Of a stretch of DNA of 64,000 nt, positions 1 through 12,639 are shown piece by piece. The notes under the pieces are model-generated. The model had not been told where the DNA came from and ran no database searches. It worked only from the letters and a program-made list of their open reading frames with translations. Each line of letters begins with the position of its first letter. Positions within the stretch are counted from its first letter, which is position 1. Source of the DNA: Tubulanus polymorphus (lineage: Eukaryota; Animalia; Nemertea); assembly GCF_964204645.1 (NCBI RefSeq), contig NC_134026.1, positions 8,517,950-8,581,949 of the forward strand. The letters are read 5' to 3'. Made by a program: the position numbers and the translations under genes.

Positions 1-499
1 TGGAACGCGGTCGCGATGGAATATTGTGAAGCGCACTCGAAAAAAAGTGAATTGATCACGAGAAAAAAGTTTGCGCAAATGTAATTAGTTTTTCCTGTAA
101 TAAGCGGAAAGTGGAGGTCACATACTCATACGACGGATGTGTGGCTATATGAATGGAACCTTTCTGAACATTGCTCTCTACATGTTTCCCCGCGGGGTAC
201 GGCAGTCGAGGCTGCGAGCTCAATTTAAAAAACGGCTTATGCTAGATTGAAAGCTTACGGCTAACTTTTTCGGTATTATTACCGCGTTTTCCAAATTCAC
301 AGCATGTTTCAACGAATCCGAAAAACATTTTGCATTTCATTTCATTAACGATGCTCCGACTGCGATAAGGGAGAGTATGACTTACGACAAAAGTATTCGT
401 CGAAGTTAGAATAAACGAAGTTGTATTCGAATATAGTGTCAATGCGAAAAATGGACCAGGCTTGAGTTCGTACAAAAAGCATCCACATTATTCTAAGCG

Positions 500-809
500 A
501 CATCCTCCCCGGCAGGGATTCGAACCGGTTAGCATCGAGACTCACCATGGTACGAAGCCCTGCCACACTAGCCCGAGTGCGCAGCTACATGCGCAGCTTA
601 GGTGATGTCTTTGTCAGCCAATCAGAGATCCCGTTTTTCTTAAGCCCGGGTTTCATTTAAGGTTTTTCCAGCGATTACACGTCGAACAATCTGATTGGTG
701 CCGCAAGTTTTTGCACGGCAGACCTGCGCTTGTATCTGCGCACCCGGTCCACTGTGGCAGGGTTTCGTGTCGTATGCCATCAGGTTCGAATCCCTACCGC
801 GGAGGATGT
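500..809. mobile_element. MITE family A (CATCCTCC...GGAGGATG TIRs containing the tRNA B-box GGTTCGAATCC)
   Basis: Left ACATCCTCCCCGGCAGGGATTCGAACC is the near reverse complement of right GGTTCGAATCCCTACCGCGGAGGATGT. TA lies at the right flank. Homologous copies at 45434-45755 (inverted), 47007-47550 and a fragment at 7791-7850. Confidence 0.85.
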
Positions 810-1177
810 ATCTACCAGAGAGCCAGGTTCTGTAAAGTTATATATATAAATGAAACGAATACTGAGAAATCTCTCAAATGTCGGTTACGAAGTCAGATGA
901 ATGATCTGAAGCATTCCAAACACTTTCCTCTCTTCGGCAACGTACCCGAATGAATACTCAAATGTATCACTCATCTTAATGAGGCAATTATCAGATTATC
1001 AGATTTAAAGACACATCCACGACGGTCTTCTATATACGCAGAAGAGTTGCCAGAGTACAACAATCTTGACACCGATTTCAAGAGCCCGTTTATATCTGCA
1101 ATGAAACGCTACAGGAAACATGAAATTTATAGCATATATAGAAAAAAAATATATCGAAAAACATTATGAATAAGCAG

Positions 1178-1274
1178 GACCCGTTTCCACACTTCTGGAT
1201 TGGGTTTAACTCATTTGAGTTGAAAATGAGCTGGTCTCAACTCAGAGTTTAACTCACAACACTAAAACTGAGTC
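1178..1274. mobile_element. Degenerate Harbinger-like MITE (family of the 18.3 kb pair)
   Basis: CAG|GACCCGTTTCCACA start, central TTGAAAATGA motif and AACTCAGAGTT repeats shared with 18262-18473. Confidence 0.55.
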
Positions 1275-2739
1275 GAGACGTTTAAAGTTTGGTTTGCGTC
1301 TACTTAAAGCCAATCAGAAGAATAGACAAAACCAAAGACTGTTATAGTCTTTATGAATTTTTGAAAAACACATACCTAGAAATGATCTTTTAACTTATAT
1401 GAAAAGGGGCACCTTCCCCCCCCAAAGAAAACAAGTCTGAGTAAACCTGAATAAATGATTTGAAAATGGATTCCTTTTCATTAAAAAAAAAAAGAAAAAC
1501 ATGAAAATTGTCTCCAAATTTCGAAATCCGATTTTTGAAGGGCACTTTCTAGGGGAACATTTTTAGGGGTTCGTTCGATACGTCCGATGACCCAACGTGA
1601 CCTTCCTTTTTCGAAAAGGAAGAAACCGGCATAAAATCCCAAGTTCGCTATACGCGATCAGCAAGATGAATTGCCGATCCGATTACGAGTAATTGGGGAC
1701 TAAATTCACAGTCACGACGATAGGGACTAACCGCGGGAGTCACTACCACCACCGCCGCCACATTGACGTCAATTGTGCAAGCGACTGAGAATCGTTCACT
1801 CTTCTCAAACAAACGGCAACCACTTTCATCAGATTGGCCTCGTTAGTTCATTGCTTGCTTAACACATGTAAAATGACAGGCCGTGCAAACATTTCTCATT
1901 AGGCAACGGCGACGAAATCACATCCTTACCAAACAGAATTTTCTTGATGGAATTCGCAAATGTGACAAATGTCGAGTCGGCGCGGGCTAATGCACAATTG
2001 ATCCGTACAATCAAATCCTTTTCGCGGGCGCGAAAAACGTCGTCACTTTCAATTGAGCGTCAATTCGTCTTCAAAACAATCAGGGCTTTTTGCTTATTGT
2101 ACACCGGCGCGCGCATACACGTAAAAATCCGAATCCCGCGCGCCACGGAGAAGATGAAATGCCGTTTCCAATCAGAACGCAAATTTGGACAAATAGACAT
2201 AAGCGATATCATGGGTTCGGTGACAATGTCAAATCCCTGACAGCTCAATTCGTAAAAATGAAAAATTCTGCGCGTGGTACGAAAAGGGAAAATTATACAA
2301 GACATTGGTAGCTTTTGTAGAAGGTCGAAACCAAAATTCGTGTTTTAGATAAATGTATTTTGCGCTGCAATAGAGTTATAATTTTGCAATCATCGATTTT
2401 TCCTATAACGTATAATTTCTGAATGCTTTGATCCTTGTTTACACACTATTTTGTCACTCAAGGGCTCAGTTAACATTTTGCCTCGCCGACGATATTGAAT
2501 AATATTCTTAATTAGATGCTGGTAGGTCTGTACGTGCGTAATCAATTCAGTTTCTTTTTTGTACATGTTTTTCAATTAAGTTATACCGATTTTCCGTAAA
2601 CGATGAAAATCTTACTCTTCGAAATCATGCGTTTTCGTTATTATGAAAGTGGAATCTATAGTCTATATAGTATATGTATATGTATATCTAATGCATATGC
2701 ATATCTATAGTACACGTAGACTTCTCTGCATTAATCGAA

Positions 2740-2777
2740 TCTTGGAGTAATCATTTGGTCAAATGATAACACCAAGA
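2740..2777. mobile_element. 38-bp palindromic micro-element with 5-bp TSD (TCGAA)
   Basis: TCGAA|TCTTGGAGTAATCATTTGGTCAAATGATAACACCAAGA|TCGAA; homologues at 25251 and 53192. Confidence 0.75.
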
Positions 2778-2782
2778 TCGAA

Positions 2783-2862
2783 TGTAGGGAAAAATGGCCA
2801 AGGAAAAAAAGTTGCAAAGGAATGGCCAGGTGAAAAATGGCCAAGGAAAAATTGCCAGGGAA
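2783..2862. repeat. GGAAAAATGGCCA subterminal-type repeat array, interrupted and resuming at about 3401-3420
   Basis: Five or six degenerate units of about 13 bp; similar architecture to the ends of the 6206-6844 element. Confidence 0.55.
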
Positions 2863-2891
2863 ACCATGAATAAGACACTATATTCGTGTTG

Positions 2892-3404
2892 TGACGATAA
2901 TATAAAGATAATCCCTCAATAAAGATGAAAAAAGAAAGTCCGACTTGGTAGTTTATTGAACGTTTCGTCTATATCCCATCGTCAGAAACACCATTCAGGA
3001 ATACAGGAGTATTCTTGAAGATGACTATATTTAAGGATAAAGTTGAAACGTTCAATAAACTATTAGCGAAAAAGTAAAGTCCGAAAATGTTTCCTTAAGT
3101 TGGTAGTTATTCTAATAGTCATCGTCAGAAACACCATTCATGAATACAGGAGTATTCTTGAAGAGGGCTGTTAGGATATAGTCGAAACGTTCAATAAAGT
3201 ACTAGCGAAAAGTCTGACAATGTTTCCTTGAGCTAGTAGTTTGTTCAGCTTTTCTAATATATCATGATAATCATCGTCAGAGACACCATTCAGGAATACA
3301 GGAGTATTCTTGAAGATGAAGTTGAAACGTTCAATAAACTACTAGCTCAATGAACCATTTCCGGACTTTTTCGTTATGATTGTGGGATTTTCTTTATATC
3401 GCCA
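2892..3404. mobile_element. Penelope-like foldback repeat with three tandem cores bearing hammerhead-like motifs on both strands
   Basis: Ends are inverted (TGACGATAATATAAAGATAATCCC / GGGATTTTCTTTATATCGCCA). The core CATCGTCAGAAACACCATTCAGGAATACAGGAGTATTCTTGAAGA...GAAACGTTCAATAAA occurs at about 2978, 3120 and 3272. Confidence 0.7.
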
Positions 3405-4405
3405 AGGAGAAAATGGCCAGATCCAACGGCTTAGATGATTAGATTTGTCTTATGCTTATTTCAATAGCTCGCATCATACGAACTTTTCTGAAGTATTGAT
3501 AACGCCTGTAAAGACTTTCCAGGGTCGTAGTCGCGTAAAACTATTTTCTATAGCGGTCGATCTCAACCTAATATTTGCCTGACGTAACCGTCAATAAACC
3601 TGTCAAAAACGATTGACGAGAACAAAACGACGAAAGAAAGCAAATCGGTGACGCGATTGTGTTGTTTTTCGATTCGAAACGTCAAACCAAATGAGCCTTC
3701 GCAGAGAGCGTCTGAATATACTCAAATGGCGTAATCACCACCATCGCCAGAGAGAGAGAGAGAGACTCACCCGCGTTTGTTTGTACTCCATATTGTCGAT
3801 ATACGCGGGCAGATGTAAAAAAAAAAACGTCATCGGGATTCGTCACTCGAAAATTATACGCCGCGAAATGCTAAGCTTTCCGACTGACGAATCAACTTTG
3901 ACAGAAAGCATTCATTGCAGGCCATATCATGAGACGCTTGACTGGTGCCCAATTAGTTTCTGAGAGCGGGGCGATGTCGTCATTCTATCAGGTGCATTTC
4001 ACCGATGCAAACAGCATCTTATTACTGTCAACCTCAACTTGTCAAGTAAAAGACACAACGTTCTGATTCCGATAAGGGTATTTCTACCAATTAAACCGTG
4101 TCTCGTTAACTCGACTGCTTCGTCGAGTAAGGCTTCTTGATTTTTTGACTGTGTGCTTCCCATTCATTCTTCTACAGAATGATCTCGTCACAAAGTTGTA
4201 TCTGATTTTTCTATACGCTCACCTTCTTCAGTTATTGCCCCAGTGCACAAGGTCACCACTATCTTCGTAATAAATAATCTTTGAATTGATGTGCAATACG
4301 TCATCAATGTTGGTTGTCGGTCAAATCAATTATCAATAGATTTAAATTCGAAATGACTTTACTGGGTGACCAGGGTGATTGAACGATTGGGTGGTTGAAC
4401 TGCAG

Positions 4406-4598
4406 GGGCGGGCGCTGGAAAACCCTATTAGCCTAACCGTGGTTAGTGGCTCATCCGTGGTTAGGCCTACCAGCTTGAAATAATAGGCCACACGAAGACA
4501 ATGGTTAGCTAACAGCGTTTTCCTGAGCCCATTTATGCCTAAACTCAGTGTACTAACCACGGTTAGCACTAACAGGGTTTTCCTGCGCCCGCCCGCCC
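4406..4598. mobile_element. Harbinger-like MITE with CAG TSD
   Basis: Imperfect TIRs of about 40 bp (GGGCGGGCGCTGGAAAACCCTATTAG...CTAACAGGGTTTTCCTGCGCCCGCC) flanked by CAG on both sides. Confidence 0.8.
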
Positions 4599-6205
4599 CA
4601 GGTTGGCTGGACGACTGACTGGATGGGTGTAGTATTGATTGCGCAGCAGCCATGGCGAGTTCAAGACCTGCGGCGCCTGGAGTTGTGGAATCTGTCAGAA
4701 GAATTTCTGTTAGTTCGGAAAATTGATATAGTTTCATCAAGAGAACAATATAATTCAAATAAAGTGGAATCAAACAAATAAAGTCACAATTATTACAATG
4801 TGCTTATCATTATCATTCGCGTATTTACTGTTGTTATCTTTGATTTGTCGGTCGGCCATAGCTGTGGTGCAGTAAGCCAGTACGTTAATCTATTTGCCAT
4901 CCAGTCGACCAGTCCCCCTGTCGACTCATCACCCGTTAACAGTCGGTAGGTCACGTCAAATTGAGGAGCCACGCCTCGACCAACATCTTCCTGCACTATC
5001 GCCGTATTTTCCTCTTGGGCCAAGGTTCAAACTTATCGGTAAGATCGTTTGCAATGCATTCTTCTACTTCTGTCCCGTCAAACCAGGGCAAGCAAGTAAC
5101 ACTTGCTGAAAATAAGGAATAGTTGGGAGATCTGGTAATTGGGAATTGTGATGGTGAATCGGGAATGGGTCGTTTGGTCTTCATTTTACATAATATGGCA
5201 TGATTAAAGTTGAATGATGGCTTCTATTTCCAGTAGTTTCAACAGTGAGGGTAATCATGAAACTTCGGTTTCAACCTGCACCAGACTATTGGTCGCCTCT
5301 AACGGTCTGGCAAGATTAATTTGTGATGCAACGATCTATTGAACTAGTGTCCAAACTCTATCATCTGATTTCCATTAACAGTTTGTGTGCACAAGGTCAG
5401 AAAGATGATTCGATCAATGACAAGACTCATTAACAGTTAGAGTGTCACTATTCGACAGAAGAGAGACCAGTCATCACTTAGTATTGACACTTCGCTGTCC
5501 ACTGACCACATTACATTACGCAACGAGTTTTCTTGATTGGAGTTCTCCACAAATCTTCGACATTTTATACCGCGAGACTAAGAAAATCCTAAGTCCACTT
5601 CAAAATAGTCTAAACATTGACCATGGACTCTAAAACGAAGAGTACACGCATGTTGATTCAGGTCTTGCGTGTTAACTATAGACTCGGACTCTTTATTTAC
5701 TAAGTTATTGTACTCCCGAAGTAAAGATTTATTAATTGAGTCGATTCCCTGTAATCACTCCCACAAACATCCATGAAAAGCCACTAAACGAGAACAAAAA
5801 TGCCAGAAATTGACATTCACCGGGCGTTTACCGACTCGAATGAGTTTGCACTATACTTTTCACGACTGAAATAAGAAAACTTTTTATACCGATCTGTGTG
5901 CGTATATAATATGACTAACATAAACAACGACTAACGAGAACTCATGAAAACGAAGAAATCAGCATCGATGATCGTCAACTCGAGTAATGATAACCCGCGT
6001 ACCCGTTCACCTGGAAAAACATGAAACATAATTTCGCGTAATTTATCGCGCGAGACCCCAATTCGATCGTAAAAGCAATTGATTTCGGTTAATCGTCGGT
6101 ATGTGCCAGCGATGGTGTCAGTATTTTACGACGCTTCTTACTCAATCGGCAGCGATGGTTTTGGTCAGTGATCTTACGAATGAATTAAGACACGCCGGAC
6201 GATAC

Positions 6206-6844
6206 GGTATATGCGGAAAAATGCCACCGGAAAGAAATGACACCAAAATGCCACTTTGTGTATATAGTAGGGAAAATGCCACCAGGAAAAAATAAGTTAT
6301 TTTGAAGTTATTTACATACATAGATTTAAGTTGACTGCATTAATGATCAGTCATTATTCCAGATCTCTTTCTCTTGAATTTCCAACTTACCATTGTATTT
6401 GGCTGTATTTGCCTGCGTTTCCCTCCTTAAAATTTCTTTAGTTTGTGGCAGATTTTATGTTGTATATTACCCCTTGCTTGTACTTATATACATGTATATT
6501 TACTATCGTACCTTAATACCCCCGAGTTTACTCTGCTTTCAATTTGTTTAGTTCATATTTGCTTTTCTACTGCATACTAACCCCGCGCTTATCGTTATGA
6601 AAAATCAAAATACTACGTACATTAATTTTAGTCGAAATATTATTAGTCTATTCTTAGTTAAAATCGAATCGTAATCAGCAGTTGTCTGAAAGTAAACTGT
6701 AGCATTCTATTATCATCATTTGTTCATTTTAAACTGTTAAAAAATCATTGGTTGCTTTTTTCCAAACGTCATTTTCACTGGTGGTAATTTTACCGGTGGC
6801 ATTTTGTCTGGTGGCCCTTTACCGGTGGTATTTTTCCTACAATC
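6206..6844. mobile_element. Mutator (MULE)-like non-autonomous element with 9-bp TSD
   Basis: Flanks are GGACGATAC (6197-6205) and GGACAATAC (6845-6853). Inverted arrays of GGAAAAATGCCACC / GGTGGCATTTT subterminal repeats enclose an AT-rich interior. Confidence 0.7.
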
Positions 6845-7790
6845 GGACAATACAATTGTGAACTTAACAGACTCAGTTGTGCATTTCAGTCATAGAATGG
6901 TCTCAAATATCAACTCAAACGTTTAGTCGCTATTAGATGCTCTATAGTACGACTGGTCTTAGATCAGCAAAGCCAGCCCAGGACTATGCATGACTTTGAT
7001 ATAATCACAGCTTTAGGCCGTAAGTCATACTAGTGCTCAGGGACTGTAAGTCCATAAAATAAATATGGACTTATCATTGTTAGCCATGGTATGGGTCATA
7101 AGTAACCTGTCTCGCCTACGACCAAAGGGGACACGACGAAGAAAAAAGCCAGTGTTTAATAATGCTAGTTATTCTTTTAGAATTTTGAGCATGCCCATTG
7201 ATCCATCGGTTTTTAGATTTTCAAAAAATGCAGCACATGTAGTTTATCAGATGAGATATTGCTTATGAAATAAAGTATAATACGAAACGCCTTGAAATTT
7301 GCTGAAATTCGATTTTAGAAAGATTTCAACGCCCTCAACAGTATTCACACCGCGACACCCGTGGAGTAATTTTTTTTCGTGACGAATTCGGTAAAATTGG
7401 TTAACACGTTTTACGTAATGACGCCACGAATTATTTTCTTTGAAGAAATCATCAATGATGCCGGGAGCGATTGACGGTAAATTTCCATAAACGTTTTTCG
7501 TAACGCGTTCAGGCCATTATAAGACGCTGGAAATGATTTTACAACTGAATTTAATCGTATACGTGTTCGATATAAGAAATCAGATATAATGTTTATAGAA
7601 CCGAATTCGTGTTTGATAAAAATCTACAAAATACAGTATAGAAACATTTTAACGAAGTCTTGCCTTGCAACTGACATAAGTCAAATAAGATTTATCTGAC
7701 GTAAGAACTAATGACGCGGACAATCGATTGATTAAGTTTTGATTTTTGAAGGGGAGGCTTTTCGTTGGCAGTCAGTTTTACTGCCAAACT

Positions 7791-7850
7791 ATATCCTCCG
7801 TGAAGGGGATTCGAACTCGATGGCATTGAGACTCAGCCACCCACGGTATC
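7791..7850. mobile_element. Terminal fragment of MITE family A
   Basis: ATATCCTCCGTGAAGGGGATTCGAACTCGATGGCATTGAGACTC aligns to 500-545. Confidence 0.65.
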
Positions 7851-7979
7851 ACCCGAGAACACTGGCGAACTTCACTTGGGCCTGATATTACAAACATGGG
7901 TATCGAGAACATAATGTTAGTGGTAGGTTCCATAAAGCATACCCAGTTGTACATCACAATATCAAATTCATTGTTTTTC

Positions 7980-8019
7980 CAGCCAACCAGCAGCCCGCAG
8001 CCCGCAGCCCGCAGCCACA

Positions 8020-8068
<49 letters not shown>
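7980..8068. repeat. (CAGC)n microsatellite with GCAGCCC variants
   Basis: About 11 perfect CAGC units at 8022-8068, preceded by degenerate units. Confidence 0.95.
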
Positions 8069-9249
8069 AATGATGTTTAATCGGTGAAATATCTTCGTAA
8101 TATTTCTCATTTCACCAAGCGATCAATATCAATATATAAACAACGCAAAGCCATTTCGAATATATCTCCGGCATCGAAACGAATAAAAATTTATCTAAAT
8201 AATATCTCTTTCGATTTTCTCCTTTTTTTTCGTAGGCATATATCGGAAAGCTATTTATCTGTTTCTGCGCGACGGTTCGTCTGACTGGTTGTCCGTCACT
8301 CAAATCGAATTTCCAAAACTAGATTTCATAATAGTGATTGAGTGTAATAGTTTTATGATAAATGAGGAAGTTTTTCGAACTGTGAACCGACGTCTATCGT
8401 TCATGTATTTCACACAAATTCAATCAAAACGACAACCTACTTGTTTGTGCATTAGTTGCTTTTTTTCGCGAAATGCGTCGCGGTGACGCTGTCGCCGTGG
8501 AAGCAGTTGTCGATTGTTGAAAGTTTTCTACATAAATGCGACGGATCAATCATGGCTTTCCTATATCACCAAAATTAGGCTGTTTGAAAATCGAGCCATT
8601 TTTGATAGCTCGACCCGGAACACCAGCAATAACCGAGAACACCGATTTGGCCCGACAATGATATAGTGGAAGCTCGTTAATACGAATCTTGTGGGCAAAA
8701 GTGAAATGGTAGCATTAAACGGGTTTCCTATTATCCGAATCTTGATTGATATAGGTATGTTAGCTGAGACATGCTGGAAATCATTGTAATGAACGCGTTT
8801 CGTCTTAGACAGATGCGTATTAACGAGGTATACAACTGTAATAGGAATCAGGCCCAAATGATGATAAAAAGAAAAGATCTTACCTCAATTGAATTCGAAG
8901 GGGGGAGAAGGCACAGAGTCCTCGGTTGATTGTCAAAACCCCTCATATATACGTTTTTTAGTAGTTTATTTGGCCATTAGCTATGTGATGAATGCTTTCA
9001 AAACCTTATTTTATGAAAGTAGAGACAATTCAGTCATTCTAACAGAGCCTTGTCTCCTCTGCTGACTAAACAGCTATAAGTTACTCAATTGAATTAACTC
9101 ATTCTTTTTAATTCTTGGGTAATCTTGACCCTGCCTGGAACCTAAATTATGATTGCGATTCTTTTGTAAAAACTTTCTTATCCATTGATGGCAGTTTCTG
9201 TTTGGTAATTTTCATTTTATTTCTTTTTTTTCAAATCCCAGTCAGGACA

Positions 9250-9441
9250 AGTAGTTAGGGTATGTCACTACAGGACAGAGTGAGTAAGTGAGGGGGAGGG
9301 GAGGAGGGGGATGACGTCACACCGAAAGTGACGCCATACCGGAAGTGACGTTATCCAAGATGGCGGCTGGAAGTGGACGTCACCCCCTCCTCCCTTCACC
9401 TCACTCACTCACTCTGTCCTGTAGTGACATACCCTAATACT
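9250..9441. mobile_element. Maverick/Polinton-like miniature non-autonomous element
   Basis: 6-bp TSD AGGACA (9244-9249 and 9442-9447). Termini 5'-AGTAGTTAGGG...CCCTAATACT-3'. A perfect 31-bp inverted repeat (TTAGGGTATGTCACTACAGGACAGAGTGAGT) extends imperfectly to about 65 bp. Confidence 0.75.
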
Positions 9442-9573
9442 AGGACAGTCAGTTTGTAACCCCAACATTATAACATTATCGCTAAATTTTGTCGACAATC
9501 ATACATAATATGGCTCAATAAAGTTTTGAATTTGAGTATATCGACAATTGAATTGAATTCACCGGCAACCAGG

Positions 9574-9747
9574 CTATTGATGGCGTATTGCACATCCACA
9601 CAAAATTCATCATTTTGACACAAAGATTCATTCAATAGAAAATGAGTGTCATGAAATATATTAATTTACAAAATAAAAGCGAAAGTTCACAATACCAACT
9701 GTTACTTTGAAACGCCAATATTGATATTGATGGCGTAGTGTACATCA
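9574..9747. repeat. Interspersed repeat, inverted homologue at about 56477-56590
   Basis: TCATGAAATATA..TAATTTACAAAAT...TTTGAAACGCCAATA matches the reverse complement of 56477-56548. Direct repeat TATTGATGGCGTA at both ends. Confidence 0.5.
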
Positions 9748-12639
9748 ACTCACGCAGAATCCCTTAATAAAAATCATTGTAACGGTTTTTACGGCGAAAT
9801 GTTTGACAGGGCCTAAGCGTAGGGTAGCTGCCACAAAGAAATTCTGGAAAAAGTACCCTTCTTGAAAATATCATTACTTCCTGTAAAAATTGCCCCATAT
9901 CTATATGGGTATATCTGACACCCTCCCCCCGCTCATTCAAGTGCAAGGTACGGCTCTGTTTGAGTTAGTTAATGAAGCGGTGCACGGTGCTTGACTTGCT
10001 TGATATACAATGCAAATAATGAAATATCTGCAAAATCACTATAAAAACTACATTCATTCATTCACGTTTGTTTTCGCGTAGAAAAAGCGAAAACATTAAA
10101 ATCTCATAAATATTTTCAATCGCGTGTGGCGTGCGAATTCCTATAGGTACAGACAACATCAGCAGCGATCGAACGCATGAAGCAGAGAGTAAAAGAAAAC
10201 CGAGTGAGCAGCAATTCATCCAGGAGATAATATCATAGAGACAAGCTGATAGATGAGCAATTGATTGCGCGTCTCAGTTTTGAAGATTCGATTTATAACC
10301 CGCGCGGCCCGGATCCCGAAACTCACTGATGTAGAAGTAAATTAAATGAAATCAATTATATCCCGTTATTAGTGATAGATATGTATAGAAAGATAGAGAT
10401 ATGTATGAACGGCATATAGTGCGAGCGCCTATCATTTGTATCTATTTTCAGCGGGAGAGAGCGAGCGCGCGCTATGACGAAAATGCGATAAAAAATAATT
10501 AACGACGCTTTAACGACGACTGCGTGTCATGTTTACGAAAAATCGTTTCGCAAGGAGCGCGGCGCGCGAGAGAGAGGGGAGTTTCCAGTTCGCGAAATTA
10601 TAAAATGCTCGGACAGTTATGGATGTTCCGAAGCGATGTCAGATGATTAGATTAGATGATGGATCGGTCCTGGCATCCCCGAGCAAACAATAGTCGGCGT
10701 CCAATTTCATATGAAATGGAATTATAAACGCCGAACTTAAGAAACCGAGGAACTGAAATTGCATTTGCTAGTACTGATTCATTCAAGTATAATTTGTCAC
10801 TAGCGTATACAGACTCGTAGTCATTGTCTGCGTCACAAATCAAACACTGCAATTCAGTAGTGAAGTCTTGACCATTTTGAAAGGTGATGACGTCCAATGT
10901 CTGGCATATGTATCAAAATATCTTCAGACGAAGTCCCGAACAGAAATGATGTCTACCAAGGCGAGAGGTTGATAACTGCATAAGTATTACGTTCTGATAA
11001 CTTAGTTTGATCCTAGTTCAAGGTATGGCTCAGTGTACTTCAGTCAAGACAAAGGTTAAGACCAAGCTAAGCTCATAACTTGCCCTAGTACCCAACATAA
11101 CCCAATGCGACATACGCATAGCATCTGAATTTTATTATTTTCTTTTGGGGTGGGGGTGGGTGCAGAGAAACCCGAAGAAAGGCAGTTCTATTCGCTGTAA
11201 CGATAAAAATGGCAAAAAGGGCACTTTTCCAAAATTGGAGGGGTGATTCTCCCCCTACCCACACTAGGTTCGCCTTGATACGATCAACCATAAAATTTAT
11301 CCAGAGACCAATTTGGTACTTTGGTTCAGGAAGAAATTGCACATAGATCAACATCATGGAAAAACTGGGAAATGAAAAAGCTGGATGCCCAACCGAAGCG
11401 ATAGACTGGCGGTACGTATTGGCTACTTGCATTCAGGAGGTTTGAATGGAAAGTTATTATGAGACCAATACTGGCTACTAGTGCAGAAAAAAATGTCAAA
11501 ACCGATCACACAATCTCCATGTGAATCTCTAAATCGACGTCATTTTTTTCATGAACGGAAACTCACTCGACCGGTGAACGGCTCGCGACCGATAGCCCTA
11601 TGTGTGTACTAGCGCAGCCTGTCACATTCAGTTCGATCGGTATCGAAAAACGAACAGCGCGAGATCGAGCGGGGAGAATCTTCTCCTTTACACGCATAAC
11701 GACCGGCTTAACTAAGAAAAATGGGGATCGTGCATGGATGAATATGTGCTATCATACGATTCAACAGTATATAGATCTGGACAGAAGAAGAATATAGCGC
11801 AGTCGATATTGTGATAAAAATACGGACACCGCGGACGACATCAACAACGCGCGCTCGAATAAGAGAAGATACATGATTTACGCGTGGGAACAAAGAGAAA
11901 ATATGACCAGTCGATCAAAGTGGCAACCGCAGCTTATGTAAATCGCCGGCGAATCTGACAGTCTCTTCGCAGATCTTCGCTATAGATACATCACACAGTT
12001 GACAGTGATGTCCATTTCTAAGATTAGAGAACACGTTGAGATTGAATAGTCGGCCGCACATCCCGAAAGCGATGGCCAATTTCCATTAGAAAAAAAAGCG
12101 GTGAGCTACTTATATACCCGCCGGGCATACATTGACCATCAGAAGCTTTTTAGGTGCTTAGATCTGTATATCAGCTTACATCAAGCTTCAATTGAGTCAC
12201 TTGTCCAAATTCATTTAGCCAGCCTCTCTATGCGGCCACTGATGCAGCCGCCCGAAGGCAGGTTATGAAAGGCTGCTTTTAACTTGCTCCTGTTTTGTGC
12301 CTTGGCTGTCAATTTCAGAAGCGTTGACGTCACCACGCGCAAACAACACTGACCGACAATTTTTTCGGAGAAATTCTTCCGCGATACGAGTATTTACTGT
12401 CTGATATAGAAGCCAATCACCTGGTGACGACGATGAAATAGAGCATTTTTCAAAAAGTGCATCATTCTGACCAGCATAAGCATTTTTGTCCGATAGTTAC
12501 GCAGTTTATCAAAACCCCGTCATTTGAGAAACCAGAGTGATGTACTGATGAATTATAGTAATTCAAAAACACAGTTGTTACCAAGGAAGTTTTGGGACAG
12601 GAGCTAAGAAACGATCGCAGATATGATACACCGATAAGA

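Noticed and set aside
500-809. Functional tRNA genes at the GGTTCGAATCC motifs
   Set aside because: There are no D or anticodon arms; the motifs are parts of TIRs of a repeated element.
2950-3350. CRISPR-like repeat/spacer appearance
   Set aside because: The intervening sequences are homologous to each other, the units are too long, there are no cas genes, and the context is eukaryotic.
4342-4773. 143-aa ORF as a host gene
   Set aside because: It runs through a MITE and a simple repeat and has no recognisable domain.
4793-5184. Gag-like peptide LPWFDG on the minus strand
   Set aside because: A single short motif is too weak to call without a profile search.
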